The notes: generated by a model from the letters alone, not told the origin. Shown: positions 40,899 through 54,347, counted from the whole stretch's first letter. The stretch is 62,660 bases of DNA, filler included, from Narcine bancroftii (GCF_036971445.1; 2 parts of one record of this genome joined end to end with filler, not necessarily neighbours in it), one strand, 5' to 3'. Made by a program: numbers and translations.

Positions 40899-41002
40899 CT
40901 GTTAGGGTTTGAAAACAATGCAGTTTGAAGGTGTCGGTTTCAAGCACTTCAATCCCAGAGCTCCCAGGCTCTGGAGACAACTGGGAACCAATGGCAAACA
41001 AC
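40899..41002 (-). CDS. TRAPPC4: TRAPPC4 exon 3
   Basis: 104 nt; [35 protein letters not shown]. Confidence 0.97.
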
Positions 41003-41299
41003 CTGAGAACAGAAATAAAAGTCATTTTAAGACCTGCGTCAAGTATAAAATCTTTCAAAATAACCCCCTCAATAAAAAGTTGAGGAAATTTTCACCAGCA
41101 CCAATATTAATGCCAAAATATTTTGTAGAGAATGTACATGCTTATTCTATCTAATATTTAATTGAAACATCACTGAACACATTTTGTGACCCAGCTCTGC
41201 AGACTCTTCTTTAACCCCATAACCATCTACCCTTGATTTTACCCATTCACTTGTCTATGTCCCCTTGAAGTTTTTCTGCATCCTCCTCCCAGCCACCAT

Positions 41300-42006
41300 T
41301 GTTACACAGTTCTGTGTTGTGTATTGGCCTATGTGTTGTGTGGTTTTATGTTTAAAAAGTGACAGTTTGTTTTAGAGAGCCAAGGTGAAGGTGGACTGTT
41401 GAGAGAGTGGTAGACAGACTGAGCATGTGCAGAAAATGAAAAAAAATTTCTGGACTTGGACGATAAACCACCACTGGGTGGTGCTGTGGAGTTGGTGGAA
41501 GAAGGCCCAGAGCATGAGTCATGGTCTGGAGAACAGTTTAGAATGTTGGGATTTCAAAAAGGATGAACATTCTGAAGGCAGCCAGAAGGATCCGGACCAA
41601 GCCATTGTTCCTCTCTCTGCAAGCAGCACAAGACAACTTCGAATTTTGTGCTCTCTCTCTCACAAAGATCTTTTGGCTTCAGTTTACCATACAAACAGAA
41701 TTTTGTTTATGATCTTTGCTTCGGTTGAGATCAAAGTTTTGTTAGTCTTGTGCGTTTTGTGTTTGTTTTGTGTCTGTTTTTCTGTGGGCTGGTTGGAAAT
41801 GTATCTTAGACTTTAATTACACATGTTAATATTTAGGATGGGGAATTTATTAGTTTTGCATAGTAACCAATGGGCATTGTTATAAGGGGGGGGGGTAGGA
41901 TTTTGAATTTAAGTTTGAAGGTGAATTTTTTGTTAATAAAGTAATTGTTTATCTTTACCCCTGTGTGATATGCCTTCTTTGTAGTTTCTGGTTTGATCTT
42001 GTAACA
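41300..42006. mobile_element. Solo LTR in TRAPPC4 intron 2, 707 bp
   Basis: TGTTACA...TGTAACA termini; 5-bp TSD ACCAT (41295-41299, 42007-42011). Confidence 0.78.
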
Positions 42007-42315
42007 ACCATCAACTGCAATCAAAACAGGAATGCTAGAGAAACTCTGCCATCTTGCAGTGTCCACAGGAGGTAAAGATATATTACTGATGCTTCGGGCC
42101 AGAGGCCATCCTCAACCGAAATGCTGGTAATAGACCTTTATCTCCCAAGGATGCTGCGAGACTGGCTGAGTACCTTCAGCATTTCTGTGTTTTGACTTTA
42201 ATCACAGTGTCTAGACTTGTGTTTCACACCATCAGCAACAAATCTGGACATACAGATGACCACAGCATTAAGGCTGTCTAGGTTACACCAAATTGTTTTG
42301 TGCCATTAAACTTAC

Positions 42316-42490
42316 GAGTGAAACATGGAGGCCAACATTAATTTCTCATTGGATGTCAAACGAGGCCGTCCAAACCGAATTGCCAAAGGGTAGTTAAAAG
42401 AGGTGTTCAGATATTCCAGCACATCCCTGTTGTCAGCCATGTACCTTCCATTAACGTCCATCCCATTGACTGAGAGCACAGCATATCCAA
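42316..42490 (-). CDS. TRAPPC4: TRAPPC4 exon 2
   Basis: 175 nt; [16 protein letters not shown]...[21 protein letters not shown]. Confidence 0.97.
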
Positions 42491-44559
42491 CTGCAAAAAG
42501 AAAGCAGAAAATTAAAAAGTGAAACACCAAACCAATGTTGCCCAAGCACCATTTGCAGCACTCTTTTTGAACAAAGTATGTTGGGACTAGATATTGGAAA
42601 GGAAATTGAGAAAATTCTGTGCAATTCTTAAAAATCCAGCAGGATGTTTCACAGCTGATTAAACCGATTGCGATGTTGAGGAATACCCAGTGGCACAAGG
42701 ACAGCTTTTTCTTCCCGGCCATCAGATTTCTGAATGAACAATGATCCACACACAAAACCTCTCTTTATCCTATCTTTTCATATTATTTATTTATGTATTT
42801 ATTTTTGAAATCTAACTAACAAATATTTGTACTGCAATCCTGCTGCAAAACAACAAACTTTGTGATGTGTTCATGACAATAAATTGTGATTCTAGAGTTC
42901 TCATCAGAAACACAGATTCAGAAGAAACATCCATTTGACTTGACACTCACAGGATATGTTCTGAACTTTCAGGCTGAATCTACAACCTTCAATTTAAAGA
43001 CAGTCAACAAAACCAAATGACCAGTGAGTTTGCCACCTGAAAACCTTCTTTCAATACTTCTCCCAATCAATATTGCCACCCAATCTCCACAAAAAAATAG
43101 ACTTAATTGTATTCAATAAAGGAATAATCTCTTTTAAAAATATTGATAGGGATTATAGGAAAGTGGCACAAAGATAAAATATTTGCCACAATCTTCCTGA
43201 ATGGAAAAGCAGGAGCCATATGGCTTATCCCTGTTTGCATCTTTATGTTCAAATTACCTGTCCCCTTCAGTAATGTCACCACCTTCTTGATTTCCTCTTA
43301 TCTATTCTGAAAATTGTGTCCTCAAATATTAACCATATATATTTCTCTCTATATACCTCTCTCTATATATATATATATATATACTTTTCACTTTTTATTA
43401 ATATATATATTAATAATTATTTTTAAATTATATTAAAAAATATAAATAATCATCTAGCAATTACAGCGTAGAAACTTAGCCCTTCTATTCCCACCTAACC
43501 TACACTCAACCCTTAACCCTTCATTCCTTTCCCGTCTATATACATATCTAACCTGAAGCAGGCAATCTCAATACTTAAAAGCCACATTTTCATTTTTGCC
43601 AATACATCCCCTCATTGCTATTTGTCCTTTTTAGCTCCCCAGACTTAATTATTATAAACTGTGCATTTGCACATTTAACAAGTCCTTGCATTCCATAATG
43701 GTCAATGTGGAAGAGTGGGACCAATGAGCTCTTTTCCATGTCGTAGACCATTCAAGTTAAAGCTTATTATCTTGAGAATGCAAGTTTTAAAATGTTGCCT
43801 GAAAGAGAAGCCAGCTGCATTGATTTCTTTCATGTTATCAGCTAAATGTCTTTATTCGGTAAGGTAGTAAAAGACTATTAACTATTGGGTAAGGGACATG
43901 ACCTTGCTTAATGAATCCCAAGAGAATTTTAAGAAAGAGTACTTATATGGACAGTCTGTTTGAATGTTCTAGAAACCTTGGAGTCGGAATGCATAAAAAA
44001 ATAATTTGCTTCTTGCAGTAATAGAGTTCTCACACTTTGCAAAGTGATTTAAAAAATCTGTTTGTGCCATTGTATTGGTTTTAAAATAACCAAAGGTCCT
44101 CCTTAACAATCTAACTTTACATATACAACAACAAAACAGCATTTCTCCAGACCAGAGTACATACAGTGTACTAATATTCATATACAGTATTGAAAAATAT
44201 ACAATTTTAAAATATATAAAACGAATGGGGATGATTTACTTGATTGCAGTAATCAGGAAGCAGCTATTTCCCAACCTGGCAGTCCTGGTTTTGATGCTCC
44301 TGTATCTCCTTTCTGGTGTTTTTTTTGGAGGGGGAAGGGGGTTAGGGTTAGGTGCGCGTGTTGGATGGAAAGGGTCCTCACAATTCTTTGAGCTCTGTTT
44401 AAACGAGACGCCCAGTAAATGTCGCCAATAGACGAAAGGGATCTTTTGGTCATTATACGATAGACTTGAAAGTCGATTCAACAGTTCGCTCAGCTTCTTT
44501 GGAAGCTGCGTCATTGCAATGTTCCTGAGTAACATGTTAACTTCATTCCTATCCCCTCC

Positions 44560-45060
44560 CACCGGGCCCGGTCTAGGCCCGACTGACCGGGGCGTTTCCC
44601 AGTCACAGACGGCGCCGCCGGCCTCTCTCCTCCGGCTCGCTCTCACCTTTAATGCCATCCCTCTGGCCGAAAGACACCACCACCCGCTCATCGTACACCT
44701 TCAGCACCAGGTCCAGCGGGTAGCTAAACGTTTTCTCCACATCGGTGCGAGGCGAATAATTGTCGTACTGGTAAACTAAGCCGCCTGCCTTATTCACGAC
44801 ATAAACACTGAACACCACCATGGCTACAGCGCACAGGCCGCCGGGAAATGGAGTCCCCGGCTGCAGCTGCGCATGAGCGTGCCGGCTGACACCCGAGGGC
44901 ATCGCCGGGGACTCTGGGAAGCGTGGTGGGGTGGTCCCAGATGTGCGCTAATGGCCTGTGGCCACCCGGGAGGAGCGTCACCTGCAGCGGAGCACTTGGC
45001 AATGCGCATCGTCAAGGAATTTCGCCGCTCCTGGGGGAGCTGGGGCGGTGGCATGGAGGG
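44560..45060 (-). promoter_or_regulatory. TRAPPC4 CpG island/promoter
   Basis: CpG-dense around exon 1; NRF1-like TGCGCATGAGCG ~44868. Confidence 0.6.
44647..44821 (-). CDS. TRAPPC4: TRAPPC4 (synbindin/Trs23) exon 1
   Basis: [58 protein letters not shown]; 175 nt; GTGAG donor. Confidence 0.97.
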
Positions 45061-46794
45061 TTTTTTTAAAAAAAACCTTTGTCGACCATAATTATCCTGA
45101 ACTAAAACACTAAAGCCTGCAGATGCATGGTTGAAGTAATAACACAATGCTGGAGAAACTCAGTAGGTCTCTGAGGAGTAAAGATAACGATATATAACCG
45201 ACGATTCGGGCTTGAGCCCTTCATCAAGGTAGAATGCTGGTGTTTTTTAAAAAATAGGTGACAAAGAATTGTTTACAAGTAACAGAACAAGTAACATTAC
45301 TGGAGACCCACAATAGGGACACTGAAGTTACTGGAATCTGAAGCGAGACACAATCTGCTGAAGGAACTCAGCATCAGTGGACATTTCGAGCTGAAGCCTC
45401 CCAAAAAAAAAAGAGCTATCTCTTTTGAATACCTTGTTTGAAAGAAGGTTATTTTGACAATGCTGTTCAAAAGTATCAGCCATATATTTATGCTCATCTT
45501 TGGGATAAGATTCAAACCTTTCAATTTTGAGTCCTGGGAGCTACTCATGAGAAGACATCATAACTCATTGTAAGGGCAAAATAAATGCTCATAAAATTAA
45601 AGGAAGTGGTGCTCCCATTGTGGTCGGCTCTATCAGGGACTGGACGCAGTCTGGGAGATCGCTTTGTTGAGCACCTCAACTCTGTCCGTCGCAATCATCC
45701 AATTGCAGAGGGAGGTGTTTAGACCCAGCAGGCTCATACTGAGATATGATTGTGTTGAATGCCGAGCTGAAGTCAATCAACAACATTCAAACAACCTTGT
45801 TTTCCAGGTGGGTGAGGACTAGATGGTTCAATGGTGCGTCTGCATGTGAACTGTAGAGGGTCGAGTGACAGGAACAGCAGGAGCTTGATGTGCCCCATGA
45901 CGAGCCTCTCGAAGCACTTCATGCTGATGGACTTGAGTACAACAGGGCTTGAAGAAGGGCTCAGACCCAGAACGTTGGTAATAATATCTTTACCTCCTAT
46001 GGATGCTGCGAGACCGGCTGAGATCCTCCAGCATTTCTGTGTTTTTACTCCGATCAATGCATCTGCAGACTTGCGTGTTTCACTCAGCCTCACCCCCAGG
46101 AAAAATGAATCTTAGCATTTATTTTGTATGTGATGTCATGTATATTCTCTATCAATAAATCTGAAAAAAATCTTTAACATAAATAGGAACTAAAGTGGGC
46201 TATTTGGCACATCGTACGGTAAAAGACTTTGTAAACAAGTTAATGGAAGTCAATGCGCGGATGCAGGAAGTAATGAGGAAGATGAGTGTTTTGGGCCTTT
46301 ATAAGGAGAATTTCAGTACAAGATGCTTTACTACAATTAACTGGGGCCTTGGAGAGATTGTGTATATTATTGTGTAGTCTAAAGGTGGAAAGTTGGACTT
46401 TCCTCGTGGATTGGTGCCATGTCCCGAAATTCTACTTACTGCCGCCACAGGTAGGTAACAATAGTATAAATTAAATTACCACAACGTGCCAAGACAGAAC
46501 AAGAGAGAATAATGATAAAAAGAATAAATATTCACAGTAATAGTCTCCCAAGTCATAGACCATAAGGCACAAGAGCAGAAATAGGTCATTCAAGTCTGGA
46601 ATCATGCTTATGCTCATGCTTTTCCCACCGCCCGCCCTTCTACCCATAACTTTTGCTGCCCTTTATGGTTCTCTCATTGCTGCTGTTAAATAATGAGCTG
46701 GGAGCAGGAGGTGCACCGCCATCTCTATTTTTGATGCGCTGATCTTCACTCTGCATCCACGTCTGAAACAGGTCGTCGCGCCCGTGGTCCCAAT

Positions 46795-46890
46795 TCAAAG
46801 CGGAAGTTGCGTGACGCCTGGACCGGATGTGGCGACGGCGCAGGGTTTCCCGGGCTGCCGGTGCACGGGCTCTTCCTTTCGCTGCGACCA
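46795..46890 (+). promoter_or_regulatory. RPS25 promoter and 5'TOP/TCT initiator
   Basis: CGGAAGT (ETS/GABP-type) ~46801, GTGACG, CCGGATGT, and the TOP tract CTCTTCCTTTC at 46870-46880 within a CpG island. Confidence 0.75.
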
Positions 46891-46904
46891 TTTGAAGCGG
46901 CAGC

Positions 46905-46907
46905 ATG
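46905..46907 (+). CDS. RPS25: RPS25 exon 1 coding part (ATG only)
   Basis: GCAGC-ATG-GTGAG after a pyrimidine TOP tract; joins in frame to the PPKDDKKK exon. Confidence 0.88.
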
Positions 46908-47169
46908 GTGAGGGAGTCGGCTGTTGCGTCTGGGCCCGGGCTTGGCCGAGGCCAGGCTTCCAAGGGTGGCTGTAACCCGGAGCGCAAAGCCCCGGGCCAG
47001 GGAGGAGCCGCTGCACCGGCTGGAAGAGGAGGAAGTGGCCGGGTGGCGGGTTCCCTAGGCCCCGGCGTTGTTGCGGGCTGGCCTGACCTTCCCTGGAAAA
47101 CGTGCCACTGGGAGTGGGTTGGAATTGGTGGGAAGTCTGGAGTAGGGGCTCAACCTCACGGCTAGGCCC

Positions 47170-47690
47170 GTGTGTGCGAGAATTGATTGGCCTATATAGA
47201 AGTACAATAGGCAGCTCTACAAATCTCTGGTCACCTCATTGGAGAAGGATGTGGAAGCTATGGAGATTTGCCAGAATAAATCTTGTGAGGCAAGGTTAGC
47301 AAAGATGGGACTTTTCTAGTTAGAATGAAGAAGAATGAGAGGACACTTAGTCGGGGCCTACAAGATTGAGAGGTTGACGGCCAGCACCGTTTATTTCCCA
47401 GGGTGAGAGTAGCAAACACCAGGGGAAATCTATACAAAGTGAAGGCCTCAAAGTTTAGGGGAGACATCAGGGGGTAAGTTTTTTGTTTACAGTTGTGGGT
47501 ACCTGGAATGCCTTGCAAGGGGTGGTGGAGCAGGCTGAAACATTAGGGGCATTTAAGAGACTTAGGCACACGGATGAAAGAAAAATAGAGGGTAATGAGG
47601 CTGAAAGAGTTTTAAGTTTTTGGGTAGGAACAGATAGGACAGCACCACATTGAGGGCTGAAGGGCCTGTACTGTGCTGTAATGTTCTTTG
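47170..47690 (+). mobile_element. CR1 3' fragment in RPS25 intron 1
   Basis: Typical CR1 tail ending GGGCTGAAGGGCCTGTACTGTGCTGTAATGTTCT. Confidence 0.65.
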
Positions 47691-48434
47691 TGCAAATGGG
47701 TTGAAATTCTTGCTCCAGCGGCATGGGCAAGATATGGATCTGCACCTAGCCTTTCGTTCCTGCAAATGAATTGAAGGGCTGTATTTAATACTTGAGAAGC
47801 ATAAAAACTATGGAAATACTGGAATCTTGAACAAACAAATTGGATGAACTCAGTGGGTCAGGTAGCATCCATGGAGACATGGGCAGTCAGTGTTTCAGGA
47901 GTAAAACACAAAAGTGTGCAGACACTGATTTGAAGTAAAAATAATGCTGGAGAAACTCAGTAGTCAAACAGTGTACTTAATATAGTAAAGATAAGCAACC
48001 AATATTTCGGGCTTGAGCCCTTCAAGGATGAACAAAATGTAGGCACGTGCCTGAATTCGGGTGCTTGCCCAAATTTTGTTCATATATTGATGAAGCGCTT
48101 GAGCTCAAAACATGGATCATGTATCTATCTTTGCAAATGTAAAGTACATTGTCTGACCTAAGTTTCTCCAGTGTTGAGGTTTTTTATTAAGTCAGTGTTT
48201 TGGGTTGGGTTCTTTCATCTGAATGTTGATTGACCATCTCTCTCTGTGGATGTCTGATCTGAGTCCTAACCTTTTGTTCATGGAGACCAATGGATCTGTT
48301 AATCCAAGAGCAGTGCTGAGAAAGAAGATTAGCTATATGGGAAATGGATTGATCAAACAGCCAGCTCATTGGGGATAACATTGACTTTGAAATTGGATTG
48401 CAGGTGCACCAAAATAAACCTATTTTGTTTTTAG

Positions 48435-48527
48435 CCTCCTAAAGATGACAAGAAGAAGAAAGATGGGAGTAAAGGCAAAAAGGACAAAGATCCAGTGAAC
48501 AAGACTGGAGGCAAGGCCAAGAAAAAG
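48435..48527 (+). CDS. RPS25: RPS25 exon 2
   Basis: [31 protein letters not shown]; TAG/GTATG. Confidence 0.96.
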
Positions 48528-49489
48528 GTATGCACTAAATAATTCTTGCACTACTTTGAGCTGTAATCCAAAATAACCGTTGATTGAGGTAAGGAAATGT
48601 TAAATGTGAGTATGAAATGGGTTTGTTTTGTGTGCTAAGGGTCTGTGTTTGAAAAGTTGTCCAGCAGATGTGTTCATTCTGGCTCCATGTCTCCACATTT
48701 TCTTATGGGTTTTTGTTTTTCAGATTCCTATTTTAAAAATAGCTAGACACTAAGAATTGGAAGAATACAATTTAAAGATTAAAGCTGGATATTTGAGTTT
48801 AATTTTTTAAATAATTGATCAATTGTCTTGTAAAGCAAACAATAGTTGGTGGACATGATGTTCCAGTACAGCTTATTTCTGTATGTAGCTACAGGATAAT
48901 AAAAAAATGTATATGTCAAATATTTTAAAATGTAAAAGATTGTAGTGTGTAAAGACTGCAATAATCAAGATGGCATTAATTCAATAGAGAGAAATTTAAA
49001 CACCCCCAACCCACACTAAGAAGGTGTAGAAGAGGATTTGTGACAAGGTTGTGCTTTGTCATTCCAGTACACAAAAGTGCTAGAGAAACTCAGCAGGTCA
49101 CGCAACATCCAAACAAAGCACAAGGCTGTTGGTGTTGATCTCTTCAGGTGTTCTGAAAATCTGAACTGTTGACAGCCTTGTGTTTTGTGTGGAAACTCCA
49201 GTACTTTTGAGTATTGCACTAGATCCTGGCATCTACAGATTTCTTCTTTACCTCCATGTGCCTCACTTTTGCTTAGCCTGGGATATTTCAATTGCAGGTT
49301 GTTTAGTATTGCCTTGGTGTGAGTGGTTACCACCTTGTTCCTAGTTTGCTCATCTCTTTCTCAGTGCTTTATTAATATTTGAGTAACTGCGTTAGTTAAC
49401 CTGCTGTCTGTAGTTGGGGGAAATACTTGAAGTTTTCATTAAGGTAGAAAGACAGCTGAATAAAAAATGTTCCAACAGGCAGATGCAGC

Positions 49490-50535
49490 ATGAATGGGTG
49501 GGTTGTGTTTAATTAATTTATTGGAGTTCTTTGAGAATACAGTATAACGTACAGTTGAGAGAGAGGAAGGTGAATGTGGTGTACTGTTTCCAGAGGTTCT
49601 TGATAAAGTGATGCACAGAAGACCTGCATAAAGAATTGGATGGACCACAAAGCAGAAAATTAGTATAAAAAATATTGAGCTACAGAATTGGTGCCAAGAC
49701 CACAAGATGCACAAATAATTTGGAGATGGGGTCCAAATTCAGTGATAACATTACATTGAGTGGAAAAGAAAACTGTGCAGGACAGGGTCTGCAGGGAGAT
49801 GTAGTGGTTCAGTGAGTGGGCAATGATCTAGTAGAAGTGCAATATTGGTCAGTGTGAGATCATCCAATTTCAAAGAAAAAAATTGAACTTTTGGGTTATT
49901 TTTTAAACAGATGAAAAATTGAAGTATATATACTGTTGTGCTTAGAGACCTGGGAGTGCTAGTATGTGAATCACCAAAAGGTTTACTGTTACAAGGGATA
50001 ATTAAGATGGCAACATGGGATATTGGCCTTCGTTGGTAGAAGGATTGAATTTAAGAGCAGGGAGACGTGCAACTGTAGCATCCTGGTGAATCCACACTTG
50101 CAGTGTGTAATTCTGGCATTCTTGCTTCAGAAAAGATATGCTGGCTTTGGAAGTAGAGGAAGTTGACTTTCTGGAAACGAGGCAGTTAGCTTATGTGGAG
50201 AGATTGAGGAACCCAGGACAATATAAGGATTTAATAGAAATGTATAAAATTAGGAAATGAATAGATGAGAGATTGTTTCCACTGGTGAGACCTGAACTAG
50301 GAACATAGCCTCAAGATTCATGGTGGCTATGACACAAGTCACTAATTCTCCCAGAGTACAGTGATTTAGGAATTTGCTGCTCTAATAGAGGTGGCCTCAT
50401 TATTTTGAACAAAGATTTTTGAATATAGGAATTGAGGTCAGAGAAGGGGGCTATGAGGGATGTAGGATTAGCACTTCAATATGATGAGGTAAAAGAACAT
50501 TGAATGGCAGAGCTGGCATGAAGGGCTTAATGGCC
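49490..50535 (+). mobile_element. Degenerate CR1-clade LINE in RPS25 intron 2
   Basis: LINLLEFFE-like remnant and CR1 C-terminal/tail motifs. Confidence 0.65.
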
Positions 50536-50812
50536 AATACCCACACCTGCAGATCAGGGTGCAATAATGTCAACAATGTTATATGCTGCCTACTCTCCAA
50601 CACTCAAGTGCAGAAACCCAGATACTTTTAATTTGTTTAATATCAAATCAATGAAATGCAGAAAATGCTCAGCAGGGCAGTATGCATTCGTGAAAACTAA
50701 ATCTTTGTTAGACTCTTGCCCTCCAATGGCTGGTTGACGTGGGTTGCGTGATTTAGATGTGAACTGGTATATTGGCTTTTCTGTTGATAATTTAATTCAA
50801 ATGAAATGTTGA

Positions 50813-51043
<231 letters not shown>

Positions 51044-52736
51044 TGATGTGATGCTGGAGAAAGTGGTAGAGGACAAGCCATTGTCATCTACACCATTGTC
51101 ATCTACTGTAGAGAATTGTTTGCTGTTAGAAACTTGCATGTTTGCAAATTATGTGTACAGCCATCAATGTTAGTAATTTAGTTTGTTTGATTTTTTTGAA
51201 TATTTTTGATTTTCATATTCATATAAATTCAAATACACAATGCAGTCTCTTCCAACACCAGTATGACATTGTTTTCATCACCTTCCTCAAATGGTGAGGC
51301 TGTCCAGTAATGAAATCTGGCAATTTTAACTCCCCCCTTCCCCCCATTTGTCATCCCAAGTCAATTTTTCCATGGAGATTCTAGCCACTGTTCCACAGGA
51401 ATTTACTGACAGATCTGCTGAGCATCTAAAAGAAGCCCTAGGGGAATGGAATGGGTAACAACTGAAATAGATATTGTAGCCTTCACATCACCTTAACACA
51501 GTTAACTGCCCATCAAAGTTATGGGAAGAGTTCTCCATCTACTGAGGTCCTCCAATCTTCTGGAGCAAAGGGAGATCGTTGTGTAAATCCAGGTCTACTT
51601 TTATCCCCAGATATTTAATGCTTCTTGCGGTCATTTGAATTGACTTCCCTGTTGATATTGTCTATATTCCCTTTGTCAGATTTACCTTGTACCCCGAGAC
51701 CTCATAAATCCTCCAGTGTGATCCTTGGCCTGACCGATGACCCTATGGTCCATCAAATATACTAACATATCATCTGTGAATAGGTTGATTTTATGTGGCT
51801 TGTTTGATTTGTTAATAATTTTTGATTTTGTAATCAAAATGGCAGCACAGTTAGAGCAATGCTGTTACAGCGCCAGCAACTGGAGTTTGAATCTGGTGCT
51901 GTATGTAAGGAGTTTGTATGTTCTCCCCATATCTTTGTGGGTTTCCTCCAGGTGCTTTGGTTCCCTTCAAAGCATATTGAGTTGTAGGTCAATTGGGTGT
52001 AATTGCATGGCTAGAAGGCTAAAATGGCTGTATGTTGAAATTAAATCTGTTACCCTTCTGACCTTACAGCTGTTTTGTACCAACCCTGATTGGCCAATGA
52101 CTCATAAGATCTCATGTGGCCTTCCATAATATTTTCAGGGAGTTCCAGCAGATGACCCAGAGGTAACAAAGAATGGAAATTATACTTGGTAGACAAACAG
52201 TTTTGTAGAGCAAAATTTGTCCCCCCCACTCTTAAGATGTAGGATTATGTCGAATCTGTTGGGCCCACAGATTCTGCTGCGCTATTCCAATCAGTGTATT
52301 TTTCTCCTCATAACTTTTGATACCCATGTTAACCAAGAACCTATCAACTTCTCCCTTAAATACCATGGCCTTCTGAGGCATTGAATTCTACAGATTCTCC
52401 ATCTGCTGGCTGTTGAAATTTTACATCTATTCTAAAGGAATCTTTATTTTGAGTATGTGCCCTCTGGTCTGAAACTTTCCCACTCCTGGAAAATTTCTTC
52501 ACACTATCCAACCGTTTCAATTCAGCTATCTAAAAAAGCTTCTGTTTTAATAGTGGTTGATTCAGTGGTTCATATTTATTACCAAGTGGAGCACCATTTT
52601 TTATCTGTTTCATACCTTCTAAACCACCATGTATTCAAGATCTGATTTACATTTGAACCAAGGCTATGGCAGAGATTTTGATTTGTCACAATTGAGTGAT
52701 CGTGGGGTGAGTTTCTCACCAGGTTTGTTTTTGCAG

Positions 52737-52831
52737 GTATGATCAAGCTGGTGTGTAAACACAGAGCACAAGTTATCTATACACGAAACACCAAGGGAGG
52801 AGATGCACCAGCGGCTGCGGATGATGCATAA
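52737..52831 (+). CDS. RPS25: RPS25 exon 4
   Basis: [30 protein letters not shown] then TAA; total 375 nt = 124 aa + stop. Confidence 0.96.
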
Positions 52832-53352
52832 GCAGGTGACATGTTTGTCTTAATGGGCTATATTTTTCAGTTCATTTGTTTTAGTCTGAAGGCTGTTCTT
52901 GGGTTTGAGTTTCTCAGTGGTGATAGTTTTGTCTTGGGGTGGGGAATGTAAGAATCCTTTCTCCCCTTAGCAGTTAAGGTCTGTAGCCAGAATCACTTTG
53001 GGGATTCACTGGAAAGGTATCTAGGTGAAATAATTAAACTTCCCATGAAAATAACATTTAGGAAGGGTATTTATAGGGTATGATTGTGTGGCTACAGTTG
53101 GTTCCTCCTAGCAGAAATGTTCAAATCAGAGGTGGCTATACAAGATTTATTATTTCTTTGGAAATATACTTGGTCACTAAATATGAGGCACAGCCTAAAA
53201 GCCTTTATAGCTAAATGTCCATGGTAAGTAGGCAAGAGGCTGAATGCCAACTCTGCATTTAATTATCGGGTTTCCCCTTGTTACACTTGGAATAAAATTG
53301 GTCTAGGTTTTCTACTAAGTGAACCTGATTACTCTTGTGACTTCTTTTTCAG

Positions 53353-53425
53353 ATGCTGGGATGAATTACAAATGAAGATATTAGAAAGCTTAAAAAAAAT
53401 AAAGTGTAAATTTATTTGGCACATT
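53353..53425 (+). other. RPS25: RPS25 non-coding last exon with AATAAA (53398-53403)
   Basis: Donor CAG|GTGAC 4 nt after the stop (intron starts 52836); pyrimidine-rich acceptor CTTCTTTTTCAG ends 53352; 3' end approximate. Confidence 0.75.
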
Positions 53426-53924
53426 TTGAGTTGTGATTGAATTTATTCTTTGAGTGGGGAGGTTACTTTCCATTTGTATCAGTGCAACCTTTTTAAACCT
53501 CCCAGGGTCACCTTTAGTGCACGACCACATGCATTCAATGTAGAGGAGTTGTTTGCTTATTGGAACAATTTCTAATGCTGTTCGTTAATAAAATATTGTG
53601 TAGTGCAAATGCATAGGTAGAAATATTTGGGTATTAGTTCAAAACTATGCTGTATGCAGGGTGTCGGAGATGAACAGTAACCCTTTTAAATTTAAATATT
53701 AGTATTTGATTTTGTAAATTCAAAAGGGCTACACTTTCTCCTTTCAGCAATGAAGGAAATATATTCACAAGTTTGGGAGAAACTGTTCATGTATCCTAGT
53801 GTATATAACCCAAGCAAAGCAATAGGCTGTCAAAGTATTACATCAATTATTATAATTTAAGTATACATACAATTTAGTTAAGTTTACAAAAATTCACATT
53901 TCCAGTTTAAATACTTCAATTTTT

Positions 53925-53985
53925 CTACTGGTTATCTCTTTTCCGCTTTCTGTTTTTCTTGCCTTCCTCAAGCCGGAACTGGTGC
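53925..53985 (-). CDS. CENATAC: CENATAC exon 11 (last coding exon)
   Basis: HQFRLEEGKKNRKRKRDNQ then TAG; the 11 exons sum to 1029 nt (342 aa + stop). Confidence 0.9.
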
Positions 53986-54214
53986 CTATAAAATTAAAAA
54001 GAATCATAATTGGGGAATGAAGTAGTCGTCAAACATTCATTTCTATGTACATTAAAAAAAAGTATTGAAACAACCACTCAAAGCCAAACCTACGGAATGG
54101 CTTAGGTGAAAAAAAGTTTGTCCTTTTGGGAGAATGGGAAGAGATGACTAGTTGGGGGTTTAGTGAGGATCTTTCATATTTAAAAGGTAGGGCATAACCA
54201 CTGAGCAATCTTAC

Positions 54215-54347
54215 CTGGATTGCCACCTCCTGCCATCATTCCATACTCTGCCAAATGAAGGCAACCAGGAATCATCAGTTTCTGACAAGTGGTTGAAATT
54301 TGCACCAACTCTATTTGGAGGAAGTTTCTTCAGTTTCTCTCTCTCTC
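54215..54347 (-). CDS. CENATAC: CENATAC exon 10
   Basis: 133 nt; [14 protein letters not shown]...[18 protein letters not shown], the hallmark C-terminal motifs. Confidence 0.96.

Noticed and set aside
50478-50530. ATGATGA C-box suggesting an intronic snoRNA in RPS25
   Set aside because: It lies within a CR1 tail, and I could not identify a terminal stem with a D box.
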